NCBI GenBank assembly: GCA_964016885.1
Contig: OZ024763.1
Location: forward strand, 14,198,001 to 14,262,000
DNA from: Eledone cirrhosa
Lineage: Eukaryota
Length of the DNA stretch: 64,000 nucleotides
Direction of reading: 5' to 3'
Positions 24,546 through 38,429 of this stretch are shown piece after piece. A program made the position numbers and the translations under genes. The notes under the pieces are model-generated. The model searched no databases and was not told where the DNA came from. It was given only the letters and a program-made list of their open reading frames with translations. Within the stretch, counting starts at the first letter, position 1; each line of letters begins with the position of its first letter.

Positions 24546-27500
24546 GATAAAATATTAGGGATCAATCTCTAGCAATAATTTAATTAAATTATATTTAACC
24601 AAAACTGTTATGTCGTCGTTGTTGTTATATTTTATAGTCGTGGTTTCAATGTTTATCAGGGGTTGTAGAATTAGTTTTATCTAATTATTCTCAAACAAAA
24701 AGGATGTATATATTGTCGTTGTACGTTGAAATCACATATATAGATTTATATACACACCAAGGATGGAGGGAATTGAAGACGGAATTGAAAACCAAATTGC
24801 TGAGCAGAACATTGCAGGATCAAATATATCACACACACACACATATATATATATATAATCAGGTATGACCATTGATGAATGTCCCTGCAGATCATCAGGT
24901 TGTAGCATGAAATCAACCCTAAAAGCTCGAAGAATAAAAATGAAAGTGAACCATTTTGAATTGTTAATATCATTGGGAAAGCCATGAAGGCCACTACATC
25001 AATTTTTCTTTTAAATAGAAAGTAGGTTTATAAATTTTAATTTTGATAATATTTTTGTATCTGTCGCGGTAGCCTATTGGTAGGTGTTTGGACAGTGGTG
25101 ATGCTGGTCTGGGGTTCAATCTCAGTCAGGAATCTCTCAAGAAATTTAATTTTTTTAAATTTTTCATAAAATAAACAAAAAATAGCGGTTGCATGAATCT
25201 GACTCAGATCGAATCCCCAGACCACCACCTCTAATACTTACCACTAGTCCACGGAGACGGTTATGAAAACTCAATGAAAATTAATATTTGTAAACCTACT
25301 TTTTCAATTTTTATATAAAATCAAAATTTCTGTACCAGGTTTTTAGTGTAGACTTGACAAAGATCGAACCCCTAATAAGTATCACCACTGTCTCTAATAT
25401 CTACCAGTAGGCCACTGAGACTGTTACGAAATAGTAGTGAAAATTAATATTTATAAACTTACTTTTTAATGGTTTTTATTTTAGAAGAGGTAAACTAAAA
25501 ATTAATAATACCCATACCTGAGAGAGATTGAACCCTAGACCAGGATTTCACCGTTTCTAATACATACCACTGAGCCAGAGAGAATGTACGAATTCGTTCT
25601 GAAAATTCGATGTAGTGGCGTTCATGCCTTTTTCGGGACGTCCTTGAATTCTTAAAGTAAATCTAGACTGTATTTCTCATTGCTCTAGGCTTGATTTGAA
25701 CCTACAACAACTCCGTCTGCAATAATGTCATACCTCATTCTGGCTTAGTTCGTCGTACCCGTAAATTGTTAAATGTGGTTCCTATATATACATGCAAGTA
25801 AGATTTGAACCTACAATGCTGTGCTTAATTTCTATTAATAAGTGTGTTTTATAAAAGAAAGTAAAGAAACAATTAAATGAAAGTAAAACATTTATTTTAT
25901 TCAGTCATGTTTTATTTTTATTTTATGTATTCACTTCATTAACTGCTGAATAGTTCTCTTGTTTTTGTTTGTTCTTACCATTGTTTACTGTAAATGGTGA
26001 CTTGACGAGACTGGATTATTACCAAGTTTTACTGGATGATGACATTTCCTTATTGTATTATTTTGTTGTCAGTGGACATCTCTCTAAATACCTGGAATAA
26101 ACATATGGTGTGTCTTTTACGTAACATGTCATTTAATATCTGATGTTCCAATGGATTACTTTTAAAATAAAACCAATAAACAGGACAGGGAGACTCCATG
26201 ATGAGGTACGAATAATCTAAAATTAATTTTAAAAAGAAGACAATGTTTAAAGAAAGACAAACAATCACATCCACAATTTAATATCTGAAGATCAACATTT
26301 TTCACGATATAAATATGTAAAGTTAAGTGACCTCATTTATTTGCTCTAACTTTATTTTACTAATCTATTCTGTAAACTTATATTTTCGTTGGTGTACATT
26401 ACGATTTCGTTGATGAAATTTTCTTTCGTCTTTAGATCTATATTTTACTTCCGGAATACTGTATTAACAATTATATCACTTGTCTTTAGATCTTTATTTC
26501 TTATAAAAGTTATAATACTCACCTCTTCCCATTATATTTTCATATATATATATATATATATTTGAAAAAAGGAAAAGAATGACTTGACTTGTAGTTCTAA
26601 ACAATTTGATTTAGAACTACAAATGAAGTCATTCTTTTCCTTTTTTTAAATATACCTGACTGTGCCAAGGATTTCACACACACACACACACAGACACATT
26701 TCTACCTGGAGTTTCGACCGATAGATAGTATTAGCAATTAGAAAGACCATTTTCATTTATATATACCCATACATTCATATTTACTCACTTCTATGTAAAT
26801 ATACATATATATATATATTAAAAGCACATACCATCATAATAACGATTGACTAATCATCAGGACACATGCTTGCTCATGTAAAAATTCTCAGAGACACTTA
26901 CGAAAACCGAACTTGCAACGGCAGGTACACTTACATACACATATATAGGTACATCAAAGTTTAGGTTTCGCTCTTGTACCATTCGAGGAAGTTAGAAACA
27001 AGTACCAGTGTAGTACTGGGTCGATTCTTCTATATCTTTTTCTCAATTCCTTTCTCTCACTCTCTGTAAGAGATCTGGGTGTGGAGATGGGATCTGTCAA
27101 CTTTTACAAAGTACCCTAGACACCCTGAATGTCAATGTCGGGCCTCTAGGACTCCCTCACAAGTTATAGGTCGCTACATACATATATAGCAACATTAGAC
27201 AGATTCTTTAGATCTCTTTTACTCGATGATGCAAGACAAGTTTTCAGTGAGTCAGAAAGGGATATGAAGGGATAAATATTAGATAGTTAAGATGCTACGT
27301 AAAGCAGGCGGTGACAACATCGAGGACCAGATGTGCCATGTGGAAATAGACATCGACATATAAATATACAAAGATGGGGGGGGGGACCTTATTATCATAG
27401 ACAATTGGGCTTATGAACACACACACACACATATTTATATACATACATATGTGTGTGTGGCTTCTGCAGGACTAGAACGGTTTCATTCGAAAGAAATCAA

Positions 27501-27553
27501 GGGCTTTCCTGATGATATTTTCCGAATGAAACAGTTCTAGTCCCGTAGAAGAC
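27501..27553 (+). ncRNA. Hammerhead motif, family 1 (unit U3 copy)
   Basis: gggctttcCTGATGAtattttccgaatGAAAcagttctagtcccGTAgaag, with an inverted arm at 27458-27499. Confidence 0.6.
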
Positions 27554-28339
27554 ATTTCTATATGAAATATTTATATTGAGTACCTTACTTACTGTGGCGT
27601 TCCCGCCTTTCTTAGTGTTGCTGTTATTAGAAAGGGTCGACTTTGTCTTTCATAATTCAGGGTCTTTCACGAAGTAAAATATTCATTTTATTTCTTAACG
27701 CCCTAGTATTGATTTGAACCTACAATGACTTCGTCTGCAATAATGTTCACTAATTTCAAATCTGCCATACCTAAATCCTGTGTGCGACTTACAAATAAAT
27801 TGCTAAACGTCACTTTTATCAATGTAAGATTGGAACCTACAGTGATGTGCTTTGCAGTAATGTCCCGTAACTCCAACTAGATTGAGCTAAGCTTGTATAT
27901 TTCTTTCGTCCGAATAACATAATGGTTTCGATCCCAGTTCGCTACTGGTACAAGAAATAATTTTTAGAAATTCTATATCCCCAGCTAAATATTGAACTCC
28001 TAACGACATTTTATGTTACTTAATACCAAAGCCCTGAACACACATTTATATTTATAACTCAATTTCTAATTTTTAAATGATATTACACCACCTTTGTGTT
28101 TTCGGTGGATATTAATTTACAATTTTATAGCAGAAAAATAGAGTACCAGTCATTTTATAGGTTCAATTTAATCGATCGGCTTCTCCGTCAATCACTTGAC
28201 AAACAAAGACACACAAACAGTATATATATATATATATGATACGACAAATTTGAAATAAATTACGTGTTTAAGAAAAAGAATTATTGAATGTAAGTAATAA
28301 TATTTTTATTGTTTGTTTTCACTGCATTAACTGCTGAGT

Positions 28340-31151
28340 GTGATGGAGAGAGAGGGATGGAGAGAGAGAGAGGGATGGATGGAGAGAGAGAGGAATGGAT
28401 GGAGAGAGAGAGGAATGGAAGGATAGAGAGAGTTGGATGGAAGGATAGAGAGAGTTGGATGGAGAGAGGGATGGATGGAGGGAGAGATGGATGGAGAGAG
28501 AGTGAGGGATGGAGAGAGGAATCGATAGAGAGAGGGAGAAGGATGGATGGAAGGAGAGAGTGAGGAATGGAGAGAGAGAGAGAGTGAGGAATGGAGAGAG
28601 AGAGAGAGTGAGGAATGGAGAGAGGAATGGATAGAGAGAGGAATGGATAGAGAGAGAGAGAGAGGGGGGTGGATAGAGAGAGGGGGGGGTGGATAGAGAG
28701 AGGGGGGGGTGGATAGAGAGAGAGAGGGGGGGTGGATAGAGAGAGTTGGATGGAGAGAGAGAGTTGGATGGAGGGAGAATGATGAATGGAGAGAGGGATG
28801 GATGAATGGAGAGAGGGATGGATGGAGGGAGAATGATGAATGGAGAGTGGGATGGATGGAGGGAGAATGATGAATGGAGAGAGAGGGATGGATGGAGAGA
28901 GAGAGAGGGAGAGATGGAGAGGGGAATGGGGAGGGAGAGAGAGAGGGAGGAATGGAGAGAGAGGGATGGATGTAGGGAGAGAGAGGGGTGGAGGGATGGA
29001 GAGAGGGATGAAAGGATAGAGAGAGAGAGAGAGAGGGATGGATGGAGAGAGAGAGGGATGGATGGAGAGAGAGAGGGATGGATGGAGAAAGGGAGGGATG
29101 GATGTAGGTAGAGAAAGGGGTGGATAGAGAGGGATGGATTGAAGGAGAGAGAGGGAGAGAGAGATGGATGGAGGGAGAGTGAGGGAGAGTGAGGAATGGA
29201 GAGAGAGAGAGGGGTGGATAGAGAGAGAGGGGTGGATAGAGAGAGAGAGGGGTGGATAGAGAGAGAGAGGGGTGGATAGAGAGAGAGAGGGGTGGATAGA
29301 GAGAGAGATGGATAGTGAGAGGGATGGATGTAGAGAGAGAGGGGTGGATAGAGAGAGAGATGGAAGGATGGAGAGAGGGAAGGATGGAGAGAGGGATGGG
29401 TGGAGAGAGTTGGGTGGAGAGAGTTGGATGGAAGGATAGATAGGGAGAGAGAGGGGTGGATAGAGAGGGATGGATGAAGAGAGAGAGGGATGGAAGGAAG
29501 GAGAGGGGTGGATAGAGAGAGAGAGGGGTGGATAGAGAGAGAGAGGGGTGGATAGAGAGAGAGAGGGATGGAAGGATAGAGAGAGAGTTGGGTGGAGAGA
29601 GTTGGGTGGAAGGATAGAGAGAGAGAGAGGGGGATGGATGGAAGGATGGAAGGAGAGTGAGGAATGGAGAGAGAGAGAGAGAGGGGTGGATAGAGAGAGA
29701 GGGGTGGATAGAGAGAGGGGTGGATAGAGAGAGAGGGGTGGATAGAGAGAGAGGGGTGGATAGAGAGAGAGAGATGGAGAGAGAGAGAGAGAGAGGGGTG
29801 GATAGAGAGAGGGATGGATGTAGAGAGGGGTGGATAGAGAGAGGGATGGATGTAGAGAGAGAGAGGGGTGGATAGAGAGGGATGGAAGGAAAGAGAGAGA
29901 GGGATGGAAGGAAAGAGAGAGAGGGATGGAAGGAAAGAGAGAGAGGGATGGAAGGAAAGAGAGAAAGGGATGGAAGGAAAGAGAGAAAGGGAGGGATGGA
30001 TGTAGAGAGAGAGAGGGATGGATGTAGAGAGAGAGAGGGATGGATGGATGGAGAGAGGGATGGATGGATGGATAGAGAGAGAGAGAGAGGGATGGATGGA
30101 TAGAGAGAGAGAGAGGGATGGATGGATAGAGAGAGAGAGGGATGGATGGAGAGAGGGATGGATGGAGAGAGGGATGGATGGATGTAGGGAGAGAGGGATG
30201 GAAGGAGAGAGGGATGGATGGAGAGAGAGAGATGGATGGAGAGAGATGGATGGAGAGAGGGATGGATGGAGAGAGAGATGGAAGGATAGAGAGAGAGAGT
30301 TGGATGGAGGGAGAATGATGAATGGAGAGAGGGATGGATGTAAGGAGAGAGTGAGGAATGGATAGAGAGAGAGTGGGAGAAGGATGGAATGGATAGAGAG
30401 AGAGAGGGAGAAGGATGGATGGAAGGAGAGAGGGAGAAGGATGGATGGAAGGAGAGAGTGAGGAATGGAGAGAGAGAGGGATGGAAGGAGAGAGAGGGAT
30501 GGAAGGATAGAGAGAGGGAGTACGATGAATGGAGAGAGGGATGGATGTAGAGAGAGAGGGATGGATGTAGAGAGAGAGGGATGGATGGAGAGAAGGAGGG
30601 AGGGATGGATGTAGGGAGAGAGGGATGGATGGAAGGATGGAGAGAGAGGAATGGGGAGAGAGAGAGATGGATGGATAGAGAGAGAGGCATGGAAGGAGAG
30701 AGAGAGGCATGGATGGATAGAGAGAGGCATGGATGGATAGAGAGAGGGATGGGTAGTGAGAGAGAGGGATGGAAGGAGAGAGGAATGGGTAGTGAGAGAG
30801 AGGGATGGAAGAAGAGAGAGAGAGAGGGAGAGAGGGAGAGAGAGGGAGAGAGAGGGAGAGAGAAAGGGATGGATAGAGAGAGATGGATAAAGAGAGAGAT
30901 GGATAAAGAGAGAGAAAGGGATGGATAGAGAGAGGGATAGATGGATAGAGAGAGGGATGGGTAGTGAGAGAGAGGGATGGAAGGAGAGAGGGATGGGTAG
31001 TGAGAGAGAGGGATGGAAGGAGAGAGGGATGGGTAGTGAGAGAGAGGGATGGAAGGAGAGAGAGATGGAGAGATGGAGAGAGAGGGAGAGGCATGGAAGG
31101 AGAGAGAGAGAGATGGAAGGAGAGAGGGATGGAAGGAGAGAGAGAGGGATG

Positions 31152-31182
<31 letters not shown>

Positions 31183-31346
31183 AGAGAGAGAGGGATGGAG
31201 AGAGAGAGAGGGATGGAGAGAGAGAGAGAGGGAAGGAGAGAGAGAGGGAAGGAGAGAGAGGGATGGAGAGAGGGAGAGAGAGGAATGGAGAGAGAGAGGG
31301 AGAGAGAGGAATGGAGAGAGGGAGGGAGAGTGGTGGAGAGAGAGAG
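28340..31346. repeat. Purine-rich GA/GGAT satellite, copy B
   Basis: Same word composition as 1-7886 and followed by the identical unique flank aaatagaaaaacatgtaagacttacc. Confidence 0.97.
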
Positions 31347-31476
31347 AAATAGAAAAACATGTAAGACTTACCTATTTGTGATGTCAAATAAAGTTTAACA
31401 GTACTTTTAGATTTTACAATTATAGGAATGACTCGACATGGTAACTACACAAGATAGAAAATATACAGAAAGTAAT

Positions 31477-31637
31477 ATAATTGTTTCTACTTTTGGCACA
31501 AGTCCAGCAATTACTCAGCGTATTACTGGTAATTTATTTTATCGACCCCGTAAGGATGAAAGACAGTTAACCTCGGCCGGATTTGAACTCAGAATGGAAA
31601 GGGGCGTAATTCTATGCGTCAAAGCATGGCGTCCGAC
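31477..31637 (-). mobile_element. SINE (paralog of 8017-8177)
   Basis: Same family consensus, reverse strand. Confidence 0.85.
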
Positions 31638-32227
31638 GGTGTAGTGTGGTGATGTGTGTGGTGTGGTGTGTAGAAGGTAATGTGCGTTGTGTAGTGTGTA
31701 GAGTGTAGAGTATAATGTGTGGTGAGTGATGTGTATGGCGTGGTGTGTGGTGTGTGATGTGTATGGCGTGGTGTGTGGTGTGTGATGTGTATGGCGTGGT
31801 GTGTGCACATGGTGTGTGAGTACATATGATGAGTATGTGGTGTGTAACGAGGGTGTGGTGTAATTGTGTGTATGTGTGAGTGTTTAATATGCTGTGTTAA
31901 TGAGTGGACTGGAGTAAAAAGAAGTCACACAATCTTTAAAAGACGCTAAATTAACTTGCCCTAATTACTATATATACTCAATTATAAGCCGATCCCTTTT
32001 CTATTTGAGAAATAGGACAGAATCCAAACCCCATTTATAAGCCATGGTGGCTAATCAACAGACGACAGTTTTGAAATTCTCATGAGTGGAGAATATATTT
32101 ATGAAGTTTTAATATTTTGATATTTCAAATGTTTTAAGTGTCATTTAGAGTATAGTTTTTATTTCACTTCTTTATGTAATGAGTTACCATTTTCTGATTG
32201 ATTTCAAGGTCATATTCATTAAAAATT

Positions 32228-32570
32228 TCACCTCCAGAGTGAAACTGGTGTAATATATCCACCACCAAAGTGAAACTGGTGTAATATTCCAAAGTGAAAC
32301 TGGTGTAATATTCCAAAGTGAAACTGGTGTAATATTCCAAAGTGAAACTGGTGTAATATATACACCACCAAAGTGAAACTGGTGTAATATATCCACCGCC
32401 AAAGTGAGACTGGTGTAATATATTCACCTGCAAGGTGAAACTGGTGTAATATTCCAAAGTGAAACTGGTGTAATATTCACCTCCAAAGTGAAACTGGTGT
32501 AATATTCCAAAGTGAAACTGGTCTAACATTCACCTCCAAAGTGAAACTGGTGCAACATTCATCTCCAAAG
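32228..32570. repeat. 24-bp minisatellite, shorter paralogous array
   Basis: (ccaaagtgaaactggtgtaatatt)n. Confidence 0.95.
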
Positions 32571-32960
32571 CGAAAATATTTTAGCACCTCATTTACATAT
32601 AATTTTTAAGTTGGTAAAATCAAAATATTGACCTCGAAGACAAGTCCTCCCCCCTATTTTACCATCAATATTTTGTCACATTTCTCGACATATATACAAG
32701 TATATACAATATTTACTTTACATAAATAGCAAATCTTTTGATAATTTATGTAAACAGAATTATCCGAAACTAAATCTAATAAAATTTCTTTTAATTAAAT
32801 TTAAGAAAAAAAAATATAGTTTGAAAGAAAACTAGAGATCACTGCTCCGACCAAGGTGTAGGGGTCACTGATTTTAACCAAGGTGTAGGGGTCACGACAT
32901 ACAAAATAAACAGTACTCACTGTAAATGAGGTTAGCATTTGGAAAGGCTTCCAGCTGGTA

Positions 32961-33305
32961 AAGAGAAATGAATCAAGCATGCTCCGTTGGATGTGCAATG
33001 TCAATGTGTGTGAACGACCAAGAAACTGGGTTTAAGAGGGATAAGTTGTGGTGTGCAGGAGAGAAGACTGCGATGGTATGGACATGTGATGCGCATGGAG
33101 GATGACCGCTGGGTAAAGAAGTGCCAAGAAATCCCAGTAGAAGGAAGATGCAGTAGTGGAAGACCACGAAAATCATGGGCGGAAGTGGTGAGAGCTGACC
33201 TCAGATCGCTGAAACTCACAGATGACGACAAAGGACAGTGACGATGGAGACATGCTGTGCTGAATAGGACCCGTCCCACCCTTGCAAGCAGGAAAACTCA
33301 GACGT
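32961..33305 (+). mobile_element. RTE-clade LINE fragment (paralog of 10195-10565)
   Basis: QERRLRWYGHVMRMEDD...GRPRKSW. Confidence 0.85.
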
Positions 33306-33753
33306 ATGAAAAGATATATATATATATATATATATATGAGAATCAAATATACTACTTGTCCAATATACTAATATGTATAGATAATATAGATATAACAAAC
33401 CTGTTGGTATAAACATCAACACTGGTAGACTCCTTCAGTACAGGAGACGGGCAGATGATACTCCTGGCTTGTGTTTGATCAATAGCATCACTCCTTCCCT
33501 TTGGCACATAAATTTCTATTTGGTGGGTGACCAGTTGTTTCCTCCTGCGTAAGAAAGAAATACCACCAGGGGTCAGAAGGTTAATTTATGAGTTTTATTT
33601 ATTTAGTTTATGTATCATATACAGGGTGTCCCCCCAAAATATATACACGCTTCAACAATATTCTAGTAAATATGTGTATGCATTTTTGGGAGGTCACTCT
33701 GTTTTTGTGGTGGAAGGTTATTGTGGCTGAGGGAAGGAAGGGAGGGAGGGAGA

Positions 33754-33785
<32 letters not shown>

Positions 33786-34812
33786 CGTGTGCGTGTGCGT
33801 GTGCGTGTGCGTGTGTACCCCAACTCTTGTAGGAGTCGGGGCGCCATAGAGATGTAGAGTGTGCCTTGGGCATTTATAAAGCTGGTGGAGCCCATCTCTT
33901 CAGAGAGAGAACACATACGCATGTTTAAACCGGCCATATCTGGCCAGAATTCTCTCACCTCTTTCTGTTCAAACCGACCGTAACTAGCCACACATACTGA
34001 TGTTAAGGTATTGTTTTCAAAGTAAATAATATCATCATCAAAATCTCAGATTCGATGTGAATAATTATGTGAGATCAAGTCTTTACTGTGAAAATACAAT
34101 AGTAGATATAGAATAATGTGAATGCTAAAGGGTTAAATACACACAAACACACACACAAACATACATATACACAGCCTTAATATAAACCAACAATACTTAT
34201 ACTTACCACTAAACATGGCGAGAGTGTGGGGGGGATCATGGCGAGAGTGGGGGGGGGGGACAAACATGGAGAGAGTGCGGGGCTAACATGGAGAGAGTGT
34301 GTGGGCTTTTGAACAGGGGTTATCAGTATGCGTGTAGTTGTAGAAGGGTAGCGCGCGCGCGTGCGTGCGTGCGTGCGTGCGTGCGTGTAGCCTAGTGGTA
34401 AGTGTTGGTCTTACAATCATACCATCGTGGGTTCGATTGCTGGGTTCTGTGTTGTGTTCTTGAGCAAAACACTTCATTTCACGTTGCTCCAGTAAACTCA
34501 GCTGAAAATGAGTACCAGCAATAGATGGGGGCTTTAACCCTGCGATGGACTGGCGCCCTGTCCAGGGTGGAGTCTTGTACTCTCAGTCGCTTTACGCCAT
34601 AATGCATGGAAAATCTAAGTCGTCTAACTACAGAGGTACAACGTCAAACCACTCTAGCCCATTACTATAAAAAGTTATTTCAAAAATCAATAGATGATAA
34701 ATAGAAAAAGAGAAATGGGGAATACATATACATACATAAATATATATATATATAAATATATATATATAAAAGCGAGTTTTATTATTTCTGGAAATATAAT
34801 AATATCCCCCAC

Positions 34813-34867
<55 letters not shown>

Positions 34868-34894
34868 TAAATATATAAATATATATAGGGGTGG

Positions 34895-35630
34895 GGGATA
34901 TTATATTGCCAGAAATAATAAAACTCACTTTTTGCTTTGGGTTGGATTTCACTTCCATATATTTTATATCTATCCCTATAGTTAATTTAACTAGCAATCA
35001 ATGTTTTATTGATTGACCAACAGTTATATATATATATATCTAGTCTCCCAGAGTTCTTTCGTCACACACCTGTGACATCAGTGATACTATTGTTTCTTCC
35101 TGTTGTATTGTAATGATGGTACAACAACCAATCAAAGGCCATAAGAAAGATTAAAGTGGTAGAAAAGCCAGGATCTACTATAAAATCCCTGATCAGTAAA
35201 CCTTAACCCTTTAAGAAAACCCAAATTAGGGAAGCAACTGAAATAGAACCAAGAAAACCGAAGTAGAACAAAACCTGAATGGAACAACAACAACCATACA
35301 AATACACACTGGTGACCAAAGATAAGATACAAACACGAACACATACCAAACAGAAAACGCGCATAGAAACACATTCGGAAATCGAGACAAATAAATAAAC
35401 AATTGAATAAGTAAACATTACAATACAACGGGAGGAAACAATAATATCACTGATGATGTCACAGGTGTGTCATGAAAGAACTCAGACTATATATATATAT
35501 ATAAACAGTTGGTCAATCAATGATAAACATTGATTGCCATCTAAATTAACTATTGGGATGTAGAATATACGGAAGCGAAAACCAACCCAACCCAAACTGT
35601 TTTATTATATATTTCTGGCAATATTATACA
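34895..35630 (+). mobile_element. Penelope-like element with inverted arms and hammerhead motif, copy B
   Basis: Paralog of 12470-13215. CTGATGA...GAAA lies at 35450-35477. Confidence 0.72.
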
Positions 35631-37832
35631 ATATGACCCTCCCCAAATATAATTTGTTTCGACATACGATTTCATATAAAAAATACGTTGCAAACAAATT
35701 AGTTCGGAGCTCAGTCGTCGGGGTCCTGACTGTTCCTTATATACATATATATACACACACAACAACGTGTGTTTGGAAATATACATAAATATATATAAAC
35801 GTGTGTTCGCGACGTTTGGGGGAGTTGGGTTACTGTTACCTTTTACTCTGGTATGGCTCGGCTGTCCACCCCTTTCGCCTACCTTTTGTTGTATTTAGTC
35901 CCAGCTGTGCGTGTTACCTGCTTCTGTGTTCCTTTCCCTTTCCTTTATATTATATTATATTATATTATATATTTGTTTGTGCTTTCGTTCTGTAAATATT
36001 GTATTATATTTCTTTTTATGAGATCTGAGTTCAAATCCCGCCGAAGTTGACTTTGCCTTTCATCCTTATGGGGTCGATAAAATAAAGTACCAGTAATGCA
36101 CTGGGTAATTGCTGGCCTTGTGCCTAAAGTAGAAACAATGATATTTCTTTTTATAAGAAGTATAATACAATTTTAAGGGCAGTAGATTGGCAGTATCAGT
36201 AGAGAGTCGGACACCATGCTTTTCAGCATAGAATCACGGCCCTTTTCGCTCTGAGTTCAAATCCCGCCGAGGTTAACTTTTCCTTTCATCCTTACGGGGT
36301 CAATAAAATGAAGTACCAGTAATGCACTGTGATAATTGCTGGCCTTGTGCCAAAAGTAGGAACAATGATATTTCTTTTTATACAAAATAAAATTTAAATC
36401 ATCTATAATACTTAGATACAACAATACAATAAAAATATTGCAAATGAGAGGTGTCATTTACCTTTAATCTCATATTAAAAAAAAAAAAAAAAAAAAAAAA
36501 ATCTATATTTTATTTCTGGAATACTGTATTAACATTTATATTTTCATGTCTATATTATTAAGTATTAAGGTTGTTATATAATATTTAGAATACAGACAAG
36601 GGGAAGTAGGGAAGGGATAATTATTTAAACAATGATCTCTCGACTCCATCTTTATTTAGCTTACCCCAGGGTTTCCCAACCTGGGCGATTTCATATATAC
36701 GTACACATTATCTTCATTAAATAACGCTTCTTTAATATTTAACTCTGCACCTTAAGCATTGAGCACACCTCGCTTCGGCTATTGGCGTCTAGTATACTGT
36801 ACCACACTTTTTTGTCTCCTCTTTTCTTATGATACATATCTTCTCTTTAATATATACATATATATATATATATATATATGCACACATACATGCATAAACA
36901 CTTCTATGCAAATACCCATACATATATATTCAAAACACATCATATACCAGCATAATAACGATTGACAAACCATCAGGACATGCTTGCTCGTGTGAAAACC
37001 GAACTTGCTACTCTACGTACACTGACGGAAACATATGTACATAAACACACAAACAGAACTGGTATGACTTATATAGGTACATCAAAGATTTTGTTCCACT
37101 ATTGAACCATTCGAGGTAGTTAGAACGAAGTAGCAGTGTAGTACTGGGGTCAATTCTTCTTCTATATCTCTTTCTTAATTCCTTTCTCACTCTATATCCG
37201 TCTCTGGAAAACAACCTATCTGGGGTAGAGATCGGATCTGTCACCTTATACAAAATGCCCCGAACACCCCGAATGTCAATGTGGGACCTCTACAACTCCC
37301 TCACAAATTATAGGTCCCTACATACATACATAGAAACATCAGAGATATCTTTTATATCTTTCACTCGATAATGCTAGACAAGTATTCCGTGAGTCAGAAA
37401 GGAATATTTGCGATATGACGGGAAAACCTCTCTGAATAAATATTAGAAAGTTCAGGTGCTACGTAAAGCAGGCGGCGACAACATTGAAGACCAGAGATGC
37501 CATGTGGAAATGGACATCGACATAACACACATAGGGTTACCTTATAATAATAGACATTTGGGCTTATGAACACACACACACATATATATATATATACGGG
37601 TGCACAGGTGTACGGAGTTCTCACGTCGCCACTAACTGATTCCGCCAGATGTCCCGTCACACATATCTACACCTTCCATTAAATGTTGATTAGTAAACAA
37701 ACCGTGTATCTCACATGTAAGAGGGAAAGCCATAGCAAGTGTTGAGGATAAGAGACGTGTGGAATTAATAATAAAAATATTGTTAAAATTATTAATAGTA
37801 GTAGTTTTCAGACAACATTATTATAAATACTT

Positions 37833-38123
37833 ATAATTGTTTCTACTTTAGGCACAATGCCAGCAATTATCCAGTACATTACTGGTACTTTATTTTATCG
37901 ACCCCGTAAGGATGAAAGGCCTTGTTTAGAGGGCGGTGGATTGGCAGTATCAGTAGAAGGTCGGACGCCATGCTTTGACGTATAGAGTTACGGCCCTTGC
38001 CATTCTGAGTTCAAATCCCGCCGAGGTTAACTTTGCCTTTCATCCTTACAGGGTCGATAAAATAAAGTACCAGTAATGCACTGGGTAATTGCTGGCCTTG
38101 TGCCAAACGTAGAAACAAGTATT
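37833..38123. mobile_element. Divergent SINE pair (paralog of 15533-15823)
   Basis: Same inverted plus forward structure and TSD. Confidence 0.85.
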
Positions 38124-38429
38124 ATAAATACTTATATACACACAAGCTTAAACAGGTATACATACGTACGCTTATCTAGACTCGTACGTACATAAACGTT
38201 TATAAATAAAAGCCGAAGTTGATAAAAAGAACATAGCTTACCATATCGAATTTGGAAGGATGCACATGACGCATCAAATGAAACAGAGATAAAAATAAAA
38301 GTCACGATATATTTTCTGAAAACTACAGAATAGTAAAAGACATGTCGACACCTTTGCGGCATTAATAAGACTGAGAAAGGTATGAACGCCACCATGTCAA
38401 TTAAGGCTTATATATATATATTAATTTTC

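Larger units (their letters stand above)
31372..34208 (-). pseudogene. Multi-exon gene fragment, copy B (exons 33819-33897, 33401-33544, 32921-32954, 31372-31444; upstream 187-nt exon deleted except for its donor)
   Basis: Four exons splice in frame (phases 1-2, 2-2, 2-0, 0-1). The 34-nt exon reads tttctctttaccAG|CTGGAAG...TTTACA|GTGAGT. At 34201-34210 the donor acttacc is followed by a ~340-bp deletion relative to copy A. Confidence 0.72.

Noticed and set aside
28281-31398. 787-1022 aa S/L/P/H/I-rich ORFs on the minus strand
   Set aside because: All three frames are open because the CT-rich strand rarely forms stops. The tract is a satellite located after a splice donor.
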